Assembly (NCBI GenBank): GCA_037147175.1
Contig: JBAWVS010000003.1
Span: forward strand, 9,864 to 73,863
DNA from: a bacterium
GTDB lineage: Bacteria > Cyanobacteriota > Vampirovibrionia > Gastranaerophilales > UBA9971
Reading direction: 5' to 3'
Length of the DNA: 64,000 nt
Both the position numbers and the translations under genes were made by a program. Within the stretch, counting starts at the first letter, position 1; every line of letters begins with the position of its first letter. Positions 10,095 through 19,987 of the stretch are shown in pieces. Under the pieces are notes generated by a model. That model made no database searches. It had not been told where the DNA came from and was given only the letters and a program-made list of their open reading frames with translations.

Positions 10095-10388
10095 TACTAT
10101 TGTAATAATACTTATGCTTTCGATTGTCCTGTACCTCTTTTAATATATATAACTATAACTGATTTTAATCTACTATTGTTGGGAGTATTTTCTGTTTTTA
10201 ACAGATTCTTCGGGGAGTCAAAGCCGCAAATACAAATAATCAAGAAAGTCCTTGAATAGCTGATTAATTGCATTATCCAAATTCAGTATAACCGCCCGAA
10301 ATTTAAGTTTGACAATATAATCTTAGCACAACTAATGCTTATTAATATACTGCATTTAAATAATTTTCTACTTTTATATATGTATAAT

Positions 10389-11477
10389 TTATTCGGTATC
10401 TTCTGCTTCCGATATTTCCGAAGGAACCGCAGTATTGCCGACTTTTATGTTATTTCTGACAATATTTTCTACTTCGGCAAGCAACTCGGTATTTTCTTTA
10501 AAATACTCTATAGCCTTATCTCTACCTTGCCCAAGCTTGTTATCATTATAACTAAACCAGCTTCCTGATTTGTTAACGATATTCATATCGACAGCAACAT
10601 CAAGAATACAGCCGACTTTGGAAACGCCTTCTCCGTAAATAATGTCGAATTCGGAAATTCTGAACGGAGGAGCAACTTTGTTTTTAACAACTTTTACTTT
10701 GACCCTGTTTCCGTATTCTTGTCCATCTTTTTTAAGTGTTTCGATTTTTCTTATATCAAGTCTTAAACTTGCATAATATTTTAAAGCATTACCGCCTGTG
10801 GTCGTTTCGGGATTTCCAAACATAATGCCGATTTTTTGTCTTAGCTGGTTAATAAAAATAACGGTCGTTCTTGTTTTTCCGACAATACCTGTAAGTTTTC
10901 TTAAAGCCTGACTCATAAGTCTTGCCTGAAGCCCCATGTGGCTGTCGCCCATTTCACCGTCAATCTCAGCTTTTGGAACTAATGCAGCTACAGAATCTAT
11001 TACAATTACATCAATAGCTCCTGAACGAACTAATTCTTCGGTTATTTCCAAAGCCTGTTCACCTGTGTCAGGCTGGCTTAAAAGCAGTTCATCTATATTC
11101 ACACCAAGATTTTTAGCATATTCAGGGTCAAGAGCATGCTCTGCATCAATAAATGCTGCTATTCCACCCTTTCTTTGGGCTTCTGCTATGATATGCTGAG
11201 CAAGTGTGGTTTTACCACTGCTTTCCGGACCGTATATTTCTACTATTCTTCCTCTTGGTACACCGCCTATACCTAACGCTACATCCAAAGAAAGGATACC
11301 TGTAGGGATTGATTCCACACCAACACCTGTTTTGTCCCCCAGTCGCATTATTGCGCCTTTGCCAAAATCTTTTTCTATTTTGCCAATTGTTGCTTCAAGT
11401 GATTTCTTTTTTTCCGAATCCAATGTAACCTGGAATGCTTCAGGTTTTGATTTTTCTTTTGTTGCCATTTTGACCAA
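10389..11477 (-). CDS. recA: Recombinase RecA
   Basis: Walker [10 protein letters not shown]. Other motifs: [62 protein letters not shown] lies about 10 nt before the ATG. Confidence 0.97.
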   Translation of the reverse strand: MVKMATKEKSKPEAFQVTLDSEKKKSLEATIGKIEKDFGKGAIMRLGDKTGVGVESIPTGILSLDVALGIGGVPRGRIVEIYGPESSGKTTLAQHIIAEAQRKGGIAAFIDAEHALDPEYAKNLGVNIDELLLSQPDTGEQALEITEELVRSGAIDVIVIDSVAALVPKAEIDGEMGDSHMGLQARLMSQALRKLTGIVGKTRTTVIFINQLRQKIGIMFGNPETTTGGNALKYYASLRLDIRKIETLKKDGQEYGNRVKVKVVKNKVAPPFRISEFDIIYGEGVSKVGCILDVAVDMNIVNKSGSWFSYNDNKLGQGRDKAIEYFKENTELLAEVENIVRNNIKVGNTAVPSEISEAEDTE

Positions 11478-11502
11478 CCTTCCACTATCTATATTTTAAA
11501 TT

Positions 11503-11520
11503 AAGTAATCTTAATTACTT
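11503..11520 (-). promoter_or_regulatory. 18-bp palindrome AAGTAAT-TAAG-ATTACTT overlapping the predicted recA transcription start (candidate operator)
   Basis: On the minus strand a TATAAT hexamer (11529..11524) is followed after 3 nt by the palindrome. The recA ATG lies 26 nt further downstream. Confidence 0.3.
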
Positions 11521-11926
11521 GAAATTATACTTCAAAATACAATTCTTTAAGTAAATATTATGTTTTCTTTACAATGCTCCAAAGCGTAAATTCAATTTCT
11601 AATTGCAACACTAATTTTTTTGTTGTACTTTTTTATAACTGCTTAATTATTAATTCAGATTCAAAAATCAAGGTATTTGTTTTAGAAATTTAAAAAAATT
11701 ATCTTAATTTTTATAATCTGAAATTCATCTTCTCTGACTTTTTACAGCTTTTTGTCTTTTATATTGTAACAATATATTGCAATTTTATTCAAAACTCCCG
11801 TAAAAAAGTAAATTTTTTTTTCGTTTAGGTTTTATCTTAACAGAAGTATTAAAAATGGTTTAAATTATTCAATTTTTTTAATATTTTCTATTGTTTATTA
11901 ATTTGATATGAAGGACTTTTTAAAAA

Positions 11927-13993
11927 ATGATGCATGTTTCTTCTAATTTCCAAAAAAAAATAACAAAAGAAAAATTGAATAGTTCAAATCTTCCCCAAAA
12001 AACCGGATTTACTTCAACTCCGACAAAACCAATTTCAAGAATAGTAAAAGAAGCTCAATCGCTTGCTGTAAGTGATTCTTTCAGGAATACTAATTCCTTT
12101 ATAAAAAATTGGGATAAATGGCTTGGACTTGCTACAGCATTAACCTCAACAGTTGGTTTTGCCGTTGGAGGAGTCGCTTTGATGTATGATGATATATACA
12201 AAAAAAGGAAACATAAAAAAGAGCATGCAGAAACCAAAAACAATTCTCAAATAGATACAAATAATGCTTCTGCGCAAAAAGATAAAACTGCAAGCAATGT
12301 TTCCTTCCAGGGAAACAAAACTAAAGACACCCACAAAAAAGAAGAGATGGGTCATATTAACCCTGAAACTGCATTCGGCAAGATAGGACTTGCTTTTGCA
12401 AAAGTCGGCATAGCTTTTTCAGGAATTGCCGGTATTTTTAACGGTATTGCAATGAAATTGCCTCTTATGGCTTTTGGAGAAGGCGTTAACGTTGCAGCCT
12501 CCCCTATAATAAATACTCCTGCCGGTTTTGGATTATTTTCCATGGGGCTTGCAGGTGTTTTTGCAGGTCGTGCTCTTGAAAATAATCCTGCCTTGAAATT
12601 AAATACCGCTGTATTAGCCAGCAAAACTTTAAATGAAAAAGTTAAATACCTTGCTTCTAATACATGGTTGACTATAAAAGAACTTGGTAAATCAACAAAA
12701 ACAACGTTTACGCATTTATTTAATCTTGTAAATCCTGCAAAATCAAAAATCTCCGCTAATTTCTTCAGAGATAAAATTATTGCGGTAAAATCCTCAACAC
12801 TTCAATTTAACCAAAGCGTACTTGCAGATGGATCAAAAATAGCAGAGGCAGCAATAAAATCACACCCTTACCGCATGCATACCGCATCTGTAATACTTGC
12901 CGTCGGTGGAGCAATATTAACAATCGCAAGTTTTATAAAAAATAAAATTGGGCAAAAAACAGGCTTTAAAACAAGCGAAGTTGGTGGAGCACTTGATAAT
13001 ATAGGGCTTGCATATTCAGGGTTGGAAAAACTTCAGATGGGCAGTAAAGCTTCAGGTGCTGCGCTTGCTGTTTCCGGTGTTACAATCCTTGCAGGAACTC
13101 CTCAGGCAGAAACAGAAAGAGGAAGAGCTCTACAATGGATAGGATGCGGACTTCTTTTTGCAGCATTTGTGTTTGAAAGAAAGCATGATTTATCAAAAGC
13201 CTTAGCAGCAATGAAAAACATAAAAGAAACAGGACTTGCTAAAGAATCAAGTCAACTTATACGACAGCTGGAAATTGACTTGCCTGATGCATTTTCAAGA
13301 AAAGAACTTAAAAAGATTTTAAATCCTCTTGCAAAATTTATTAAGGGAGGTCAAAAAGAAAAAATTGCAGCAGAAGCAAGAAATGCCTTAATGAACAATC
13401 AGGCAGGCTCAAAAATTGTTAAATTTATTGATTCTGTTTCGGAAGAAAGCAGAGCGGATATTATCAGATTCCTTGGAAATGACAGCAAAATTGCAGAAAA
13501 AACAAGAAAAATAATGGAAGACAATCCAGCAGGCACAGAAATTGTTAAATTCTTTGATTCGATTTCAAAAGAACATACAAAAAATATAATTGATTTACTT
13601 GGCGGAGATAAAGAAGCTGTAGCCGCAAGAGAAATTCTGGAAAACAATCCTACAGGCAAAGCCGCGGTTAACTTTATTGATTCTATGCTAGAGCATCTCT
13701 CAACAGGCAAATATGAACCAAGTACTTTTAAAAATCCTGAAACGCAAGAAGGAAGCAATATTGTAGCAACACTGGTTCAGGATTTACAAAAAGACGGCGT
13801 TCACTCCCAAGTGGCTAATAACGTAAGATTTATAAGCGAAGCAAAAGACCCGAAAGCGGTTGCACAAGCTATTATCTTCGAAAACTCCAAAATGTTCGGA
13901 GAAAATTACAAAACCGAGCTTCAAAAAATAAGTGACGACTCTTCTACCCCTGCTGCTTTCAGAGAAGCTGCACAAGAAGCATTAAAAAAATAA
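11927..13993 (+). CDS. Large hypothetical multi-pass membrane protein with C-terminal helical repeats
   Basis: 688-aa ORF. It contains several Gly/Ala-rich hydrophobic segments (GLATALTSTVGFAVGGVALM, GIAFSGIAGIFNGIAM, GFGLFSMGLAGVFAG, ...). The C-terminal part holds about 42-aa repeats. I recognise no catalytic motif. Confidence 0.6.
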   Translation: MMHVSSNFQKKITKEKLNSSNLPQKTGFTSTPTKPISRIVKEAQSLAVSDSFRNTNSFIKNWDKWLGLATALTSTVGFAVGGVALMYDDIYKKRKHKKEHAETKNNSQIDTNNASAQKDKTASNVSFQGNKTKDTHKKEEMGHINPETAFGKIGLAFAKVGIAFSGIAGIFNGIAMKLPLMAFGEGVNVAASPIINTPAGFGLFSMGLAGVFAGRALENNPALKLNTAVLASKTLNEKVKYLASNTWLTIKELGKSTKTTFTHLFNLVNPAKSKISANFFRDKIIAVKSSTLQFNQSVLADGSKIAEAAIKSHPYRMHTASVILAVGGAILTIASFIKNKIGQKTGFKTSEVGGALDNIGLAYSGLEKLQMGSKASGAALAVSGVTILAGTPQAETERGRALQWIGCGLLFAAFVFERKHDLSKALAAMKNIKETGLAKESSQLIRQLEIDLPDAFSRKELKKILNPLAKFIKGGQKEKIAAEARNALMNNQAGSKIVKFIDSVSEESRADIIRFLGNDSKIAEKTRKIMEDNPAGTEIVKFFDSISKEHTKNIIDLLGGDKEAVAAREILENNPTGKAAVNFIDSMLEHLSTGKYEPSTFKNPETQEGSNIVATLVQDLQKDGVHSQVANNVRFISEAKDPKAVAQAIIFENSKMFGENYKTELQKISDDSSTPAAFREAAQEALKK
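13364..13715 (+). repeat. Three tandem ~126-nt (42-aa) intragenic repeats
   Basis: Repeat units: IAAEARNALMNNQAGSKIVKFIDSVSEESRADIIRFLGNDSK / IAEKTRKIMEDNPAGTEIVKFFDSISKEHTKNIIDLLGGDKE / AVAAREILENNPTGKAAVNFIDSMLEHLS. Units start at 13364, 13490 and 13616. Confidence 0.75.
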
Positions 13994-14089
13994 ATTTAAA
14001 AATAAACATAAATAAACTGTCCTGTTACTATGTTCCATGCTAAAATTTTTCTACAGCATTAAATACTTTTTTAGAGAGGAAAGAAATAA

Positions 14090-15628
14090 ATGGAAGCTCA
14101 AATTAGACCGGCTAAATTGCCAAAAGTTTCTGTATGGCAATTTATAAATCTTTGCATTGGCGGAATAGGCTTACAGTTTGCATGGGCAATGCAAATAGGA
14201 CTTACAAGCCGTGTCACAGAGCCTCTTGGAGCAACACCATTAATTCTGGGCTTAATTTGGCTGGCCGGTCCGATAACAGGAATCCTTGTTCAACCTATAG
14301 TCGGAACAGTAAGCGATAATATCTGGACAAGATTTGGCAGAAGAAGACCTTTTTTAATGACAGGAGCAATTTTAGGCGCTTTAGCACTTGTACTGATGCC
14401 TTATTCTCCAACTCTTTTATGGGCAGCTCTCTCTCTCTGGATCATAGATATATGTGTTAACGTCAGCATGGGACCACATAGAGCTCTTGTTCCCGATACA
14501 ATGCCTTCGGAACAGCATGCTCTGGCAAATTCATTTTTCAGTTTTGGTGCAGGATTTGGAGCTATTATTGTTTTTGGGTTTCCGTATTTTTTAAAAACAT
14601 TTTTTCATCAACAAATTTCAATTCACAGCCAATTTTTAATAGCTGCAATTGTTCTCGTTCTCGGAATGGGATGGACCTGTTTCAGCGTAAAAGAAAAATA
14701 TTTACCTGAAGAAAAGAAAATAGAAGATAAAGAAAATCCTTTTGAATCAATAAATATGTTTTTAATAAGCGGACTGATTTCCGCGGCTATATTAACTGTG
14801 CTAATCAGTTTTGGAGTCTTTGGAAAGTTTGATCTTTCAAATAATAACTTTATAACAACTATTCTTTCATGGTTCGTACTGATTCTTAGTTTTCCGATGC
14901 TGGCAATGGCCTTAAAGAGTTTTTACACAAAAGAAATAGCTAAAATATGTGCGATGCAGTACTTTACCTGGATTGGAATGATGTGTTTATTTATTTATTT
15001 CAATAATTATGTCGTACACAATATTTTTCTTATTCCTGATTTAACATCAGCTACTGAAGTTATTAAAAAAGCCTACGAATCCAGAGTTATGGAAGCTACA
15101 AATCTCTCAGGATTAGGATTTGCCTTTTTTAATCTTGTTTGTTTCCTTGTTTCAATACCGCTTGGTCTTTTATGCAATAAATTCGGCAAGAAAAATATAC
15201 ATTCTTTTGCCCTTTTTACATTAGGATTAGCGTTCTTAGGCTTTGCGTTTTTTGCAAAAACAAAACTCGAAGTCCTCTTTTTTATGGGGCTTGCAGGAAT
15301 CGGCTGGGCCTCAATCCTTACACTCTCCTATGCCTTATTAATGGACAATATTAAAAAAGGTACAGAAGGCTCTTCTCTTGGCAAAATGAACCTGTTTGTT
15401 TCAGGACCTCAAATTTTATCTTCTATAGCTGTCGGCTATTTAATAAACAAAAGTCCGATGCAAATAAACTCAGGGTTAACAAATCATTGGGAATACGCTT
15501 TTATTGTCGGAGGAATTGCAATGTTTATTGCTTCTCTGATAACACTTACCATAAAAAGAGAAAATATAGGTCAAGAAAAAAATCAGTTTGTTTTTGAAGA
15601 AGAACTTGTTCCTTCGGAAAATATTTAA
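14090..15628 (+). CDS. GPH/MFS-type sugar:cation symporter (sucrose-transporter-like)
   Basis: About 12 TM segments. LVQPIVGTVSDNIWTRFGRRRPFLMTG matches the VGxxSD...GRRRPF signature of the GPH sucrose-transporter family. SD GAGAGGAAAG. Confidence 0.75.
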   Translation: MEAQIRPAKLPKVSVWQFINLCIGGIGLQFAWAMQIGLTSRVTEPLGATPLILGLIWLAGPITGILVQPIVGTVSDNIWTRFGRRRPFLMTGAILGALALVLMPYSPTLLWAALSLWIIDICVNVSMGPHRALVPDTMPSEQHALANSFFSFGAGFGAIIVFGFPYFLKTFFHQQISIHSQFLIAAIVLVLGMGWTCFSVKEKYLPEEKKIEDKENPFESINMFLISGLISAAILTVLISFGVFGKFDLSNNNFITTILSWFVLILSFPMLAMALKSFYTKEIAKICAMQYFTWIGMMCLFIYFNNYVVHNIFLIPDLTSATEVIKKAYESRVMEATNLSGLGFAFFNLVCFLVSIPLGLLCNKFGKKNIHSFALFTLGLAFLGFAFFAKTKLEVLFFMGLAGIGWASILTLSYALLMDNIKKGTEGSSLGKMNLFVSGPQILSSIAVGYLINKSPMQINSGLTNHWEYAFIVGGIAMFIASLITLTIKRENIGQEKNQFVFEEELVPSENI

Positions 15629-15632
15629 CCGC

Positions 15633-16298
15633 TTATATTCCTTTTTTTCTTAATTTCAACTCATAAAGAAAAATTTCTTTAATAAGTTTATCTCTTGATT
15701 TTTCGTTTATATCAATGAAAGTAAAAGAATTTTTGTGCTTATTTTTTCCTGCAGCTATAATTTTTTTAGAATGAACGTGTTTTATAAGAACTTCAACAGG
15801 CTCTATATTCGAATTGGGCAGGTAAATTTTTCCAATTATTTTTGAGTGCTTTTCTGTTGGTCTGTCTGAAATATAACAAAACCCAGAACCGCTTATATCT
15901 AGACTATTTACAACACAGACATTAATTTCATCATCTTCTTTCTCTGGGAAAATACTCAATTCCATTTTTAACGAAAGAGGAACTCTTACATATTCTCTGC
16001 GCTGAATAAATTTAATATCATCAGGATACGAAATTTTAATACCGGGAATCCTTGAATTATCCCTGCCAAGTATTTTACAAGCTCCTGAATAAATTCCTGT
16101 TTTTTCTTTAAATTTGACAGTAACCTGTTTTTCATTAGGAATATTATACTCTACGCCTTTATAAAATAAAAAATCTATAAGTATATACTCAGTTTCAACA
16201 CTTTTAATATAACTTTTAAAAATATTATTTTTATCTTCTGACTCGTCATATTTGTATTCAACATCGATTTTACCGAGTTCTTTTATAAAGGAAAACAT
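15633..16298 (-). CDS. PilZ-domain c-di-GMP receptor (YcgR-like two-domain layout)
   Basis: RxxxR motif in IQRREYVRVP and D/NxSxxG motif in LDISGSGF, in the C-terminal half. Confidence 0.75.
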   Translation of the reverse strand: MFSFIKELGKIDVEYKYDESEDKNNIFKSYIKSVETEYILIDFLFYKGVEYNIPNEKQVTVKFKEKTGIYSGACKILGRDNSRIPGIKISYPDDIKFIQRREYVRVPLSLKMELSIFPEKEDDEINVCVVNSLDISGSGFCYISDRPTEKHSKIIGKIYLPNSNIEPVEVLIKHVHSKKIIAAGKNKHKNSFTFIDINEKSRDKLIKEIFLYELKLRKKGI

Positions 16299-16300
16299 TT

Positions 16301-17914
16301 TTAGTCAAATAACTCCTGAATCTTAACTTTAATTTCACGTTGATCCATTTCATTAGTATGGTTATTTAAATCCATAGCTACCTGAAATAGTCTTGCAGCT
16401 TCTATTTTATCACCTTTAACAGCCATTGCCCTACCTAAATTGTAATTAGCCAGAGCGTATTGAGTATTACTTTCAATAGCTTTACGGAGGTTATCTATTG
16501 CTTCTTGAATATATCCCAGATCGTCAAGATAAATTACTCCTAAATTGTTATAAGCTATATCATAGCTAGGGTCTAACTTAATTGATTTTTCGTATTCTTT
16601 GACAGCTTCTTCAATCTTGCCTTTACCCCAAAGTAAAAAGCCTAAATTACAATGGATTCTGGCATTATTCGGGTCTACTTCCAGAGCCATCCTGTATGTT
16701 GCAAGAGCATTCGCATAATCACCCTTATCATAAAAAGCACTTCCAAGACTTATATAAATATCTACATCGGTCGGATTTAAAAGAGAAGCACTCTGGTAAG
16801 CACTTATTGCCGCATCAAAATTATCTTTTGATTCATGAAAAATATATCCGAGCGTTTGTGCAATAATACTTGTCCAGTTTTTATTGGGGTTTAAGGATAT
16901 TGCTGTTTGATAAAAAGAGACAGCCTCTTTGATATCACCTTTTAAATAATAAATATTTGCCAAATTACTATGATATATCGCATCATTTGGATTCATATCT
17001 ATTAATTTTGCATAAAGTTCTATGGCACTGTCATAATTTCCCTGCTCTTCATAAATAGAACAAAGGAGTTTGTGTGCGGCAACATGGGTAGGATCAAGCC
17101 ATATTGCCATTTTATATTCATTTATGGCATCCTCTAAAGAACCTGCCAGTCTGTAGGCATTTCCCAGATGCAAATACAAAAGCAAAAAGCCCGGAGCTTT
17201 TTCTATTGCTTTAACATAAAGATCTATAGCCTGATATACACTTTTTGTCTTTTCCAGATAATATCCCTGAAAAAAAATAGGAAAAAACTTTAAGTAAGAA
17301 AATTTTGTACAAATTTCTTTTTTGGCTTCCTCTTCAAAGGCAAGTTTAAATACTGCTAAAAATAAATTTTTAAATATCTTAAAAGTATTTTTGCCTGTTT
17401 TATCTTCCCGCACTTTTAAAAGTTTGAATAAAAGGTAATGAGCCCGAGAATTTCTAAATCCGCCATATTGCACAGCTTTTTCGAGGTAATCTATAGACTC
17501 TGCAACTCTATCTCTTTTTGCAAAGATTTTTGCGGTCATATAATAAGCATTTGAATAATTTTGATTGTATTCAATACTTATAGCAAAATGATTCAGGGCT
17601 TTTTCCAATTCCCCTTTATAATAATAAGCACAGCCGAGTTTATAATGAATATCCGACGAATTTAAATTTGATTCTAAAGCTCGCTGGTACTCTAAAATCG
17701 CATCATCCAGAAATTGCTTTGGTTGATAAATATTAAGATGATTTTCCAAATATAAATCACCAAGCCTTATATGTAATCCGGCGTTCGTAGGATCATTTTG
17801 GATAGCGGTTTGACACATTTCTATGGCTTTTGAAATGTTGCCGTTTTTTTGCATTTTTTCTATTTTATTGTTCAACTTTTCAATTATTACTGTTTCACTC
17901 ATTTGATTACTCAT
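16301..17914 (-). CDS. Tetratricopeptide-repeat (TPR) protein
   Basis: About a dozen 34-aa repeats with the pattern A..Y..Al..dP.n..a..nLG across 537 aa. Confidence 0.85.
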   Translation of the reverse strand: MSNQMSETVIIEKLNNKIEKMQKNGNISKAIEMCQTAIQNDPTNAGLHIRLGDLYLENHLNIYQPKQFLDDAILEYQRALESNLNSSDIHYKLGCAYYYKGELEKALNHFAISIEYNQNYSNAYYMTAKIFAKRDRVAESIDYLEKAVQYGGFRNSRAHYLLFKLLKVREDKTGKNTFKIFKNLFLAVFKLAFEEEAKKEICTKFSYLKFFPIFFQGYYLEKTKSVYQAIDLYVKAIEKAPGFLLLYLHLGNAYRLAGSLEDAINEYKMAIWLDPTHVAAHKLLCSIYEEQGNYDSAIELYAKLIDMNPNDAIYHSNLANIYYLKGDIKEAVSFYQTAISLNPNKNWTSIIAQTLGYIFHESKDNFDAAISAYQSASLLNPTDVDIYISLGSAFYDKGDYANALATYRMALEVDPNNARIHCNLGFLLWGKGKIEEAVKEYEKSIKLDPSYDIAYNNLGVIYLDDLGYIQEAIDNLRKAIESNTQYALANYNLGRAMAVKGDKIEAARLFQVAMDLNNHTNEMDQREIKVKIQELFD

Positions 17915-18059
17915 TATTTATACCGATTATTATTCTTCATTCGGGTTTTTATAAATTCAAGCTGTATATACTTTTTTTATTATAACTGATTGTATATAAT
18001 TATGCTTCATTTATCCTGATTTTAAAACTATTTTTGTTAATAAATTTTATATTGAACTA

Positions 18060-18683
18060 TTATTCCGTCAATTTTTTCAATTTCAAATTTCTCACTTCTT
18101 CTTCAAAGCATTTTTTTATTATTTTATTTCTGTCTGTTTCACTTATTTCAACAAATTTAAGTACTGATACAATATTTTTGCCCTGCAAAAGCGAATAGAG
18201 AATTATTCCTTTGCCTGTTGCTATTTCATCATCGGGCATGTAGAGAGTAAATTTCCAAATTGAATTAGTTTTCAGCTCATCTTTAAGTAACAATCTAATT
18301 CCGCCGCCGCCTATGTTTATTGTCTTTGTTTCAATTTCCGTTACATTTTGAGATAAAATTAATCTGAGATTGAAAGGTGATCTTACGTAATCTCTTCTCT
18401 GGATATGTTTTTTTTCGCCGGGAATTTCTATGACAAAGTCATGCTCAAGCGGTGAATTTATTACTATTGAGTCAAACGAAAAAATCCCTGAATCAGTATA
18501 AACAACGACCTCAACTTCTTTGCCTTCCGGCAATTTTTTGATCAAATAACTGTGATCTTCAGAAAAAACAACTGCCACTCTGTCGCTTTCAAACCATTTA
18601 ACAGTGCATGTTATTGATTCAGAACGAAGTGAAGAAACCTTAAACTTTAAACGTATTTTCTGACCGGCTTTCAATTCTTTCAT
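18060..18683 (-). CDS. PilZ-domain c-di-GMP receptor (second copy)
   Basis: IQRRDYVRSP (RxxxR) and NIGGGGI (degenerate D/NxSxxG). Same two-domain layout as 15633..16298. Confidence 0.7.
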   Translation of the reverse strand: MKELKAGQKIRLKFKVSSLRSESITCTVKWFESDRVAVVFSEDHSYLIKKLPEGKEVEVVVYTDSGIFSFDSIVINSPLEHDFVIEIPGEKKHIQRRDYVRSPFNLRLILSQNVTEIETKTINIGGGGIRLLLKDELKTNSIWKFTLYMPDDEIATGKGIILYSLLQGKNIVSVLKFVEISETDRNKIIKKCFEEEVRNLKLKKLTE

Positions 18684-18802
18684 AATATACCTAACTTAAA
18701 TTTATTTTCGGATTTATTAAAACAGGAAACTGTTTTAAGTATTCGACTTTCCCGAAACAATAACACTGGATGAAACTATTGCTTAGATAAAAGATAATTT
18801 AC

Positions 18803-19513
18803 TTGTGCGATATTTTAAAGGCTAAAAAATATTATATTAATTATATTATGAAAATTAACCATCTACTTCCTGTAAATTTATTTAAATCAAATTCTGTCGG
18901 CAGAAAAGCCGAAATTTCCGACAGGGATGATAATCAAGACATAAAAATCGACATAGATCACCTTCTTCAATGGGAAAGAAATGAAAAAACTCCCGAAAAA
19001 AAACTCCCTAAATGGAATTTAGAAAAAATTCCGCTTAAATTTTTTATAAATAAAGATGTCTATACAGAAAAATTAATGCCTGAATTTGCCAAATCCGTAG
19101 AAAACTCTTTTCAAATTTGGTCAAGAGCTTCTCACGGATTAATCAGGTTTGAAAAAACCTTAAATCCTTACAATTCCGATATTATAATTCGGTGGTCAAA
19201 TGAAACACTGCCGGGCAGAAATTATGAAGCAGGTCATAATGATTTAAAAGTAAATAATAATCGGATTCAAAAAGCTGAAATCACTTTAATAGTTTTTCCT
19301 GTGATTGACATGAATCTTTCTGCGGAAAACCGTATAGACAGAGTCCAACGCACAGCACTACACGAAATCGGACACGCTCTGGGATTAAATCACAGTAATA
19401 ATCCTAAAGATATTATGTTTCACAGGGGAATCTACAATAAATCTTTAAGTATAATAGATATAAAAAGAATTAATGAGCTTTACAAAACAAGAGACCTTGA
19501 TTTAATTAGCTGA
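18803..19513 (+). CDS. Matrixin-like (metzincin) zinc metalloprotease; start uncertain (ATG at 18848 is an alternative)
   Basis: HEIGHALGLNHS (HExxHxxGxxH) followed by a Met-turn candidate DIMF. Confidence 0.7.
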   Translation: MCDILKAKKYYINYIMKINHLLPVNLFKSNSVGRKAEISDRDDNQDIKIDIDHLLQWERNEKTPEKKLPKWNLEKIPLKFFINKDVYTEKLMPEFAKSVENSFQIWSRASHGLIRFEKTLNPYNSDIIIRWSNETLPGRNYEAGHNDLKVNNNRIQKAEITLIVFPVIDMNLSAENRIDRVQRTALHEIGHALGLNHSNNPKDIMFHRGIYNKSLSIIDIKRINELYKTRDLDLIS

Positions 19514-19536
19514 ATTCTTTAAATTTTTTTCGCGGT

Positions 19537-19887
19537 TTATACAGGAAGAAGCTTTCCTGATGCATTTATCAGCATACTAAGTATTGAAAATAATATTGAA
19601 CCTACAAGTGCAGGAATAAACCCGCCTATATGAAAGCCATGCACAAAATAAGCCGATAACGCGAATAAGCCGGCATTTATTACAAGTGTAAATAAACCCA
19701 GAGTAAGAATATTTAACGGCAACGCAAAGAAACTTATAATAGGCTTAATGAAGGTATTTACAAGTCCGATAACAAGCGCCGCAAAAAGTGCGGTTAGAAA
19801 ACCTGATATTGCTATTCCGGGAACTATTTTAGCAATCAGAATAAGCGCAAGTGCAAAAAGTATCCATTTTATTAAAGTTCTTATCAT
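19537..19887 (-). CDS. Four-TM membrane protein of the phage-holin-4 / YvlD-like family
   Basis: 116 aa, four hydrophobic helices. Family-typical segments: LIAKIVPGI..GF.TALFAALVIGLVNTFIKP and LPLNILTLGLFTLVINA. Confidence 0.65.
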   Translation of the reverse strand: MIRTLIKWILFALALILIAKIVPGIAISGFLTALFAALVIGLVNTFIKPIISFFALPLNILTLGLFTLVINAGLFALSAYFVHGFHIGGFIPALVGSILFSILSMLINASGKLLPV

Positions 19888-19987
19888 TTTATTTCCCTTC
19901 TCATTTTAAAAATTATACATACCTATATTAAAATACTTTTCTTGAAATTCAATTATGCTTTTGTATAATGATTTTAAAATTTTTTTA

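Noticed and set aside
12055-13975. Minus-strand ORFs inside the 11927..13993 gene
   Set aside because: These are short shadow frames opposite a long, repeat-containing plus-strand ORF, with no independent signals.
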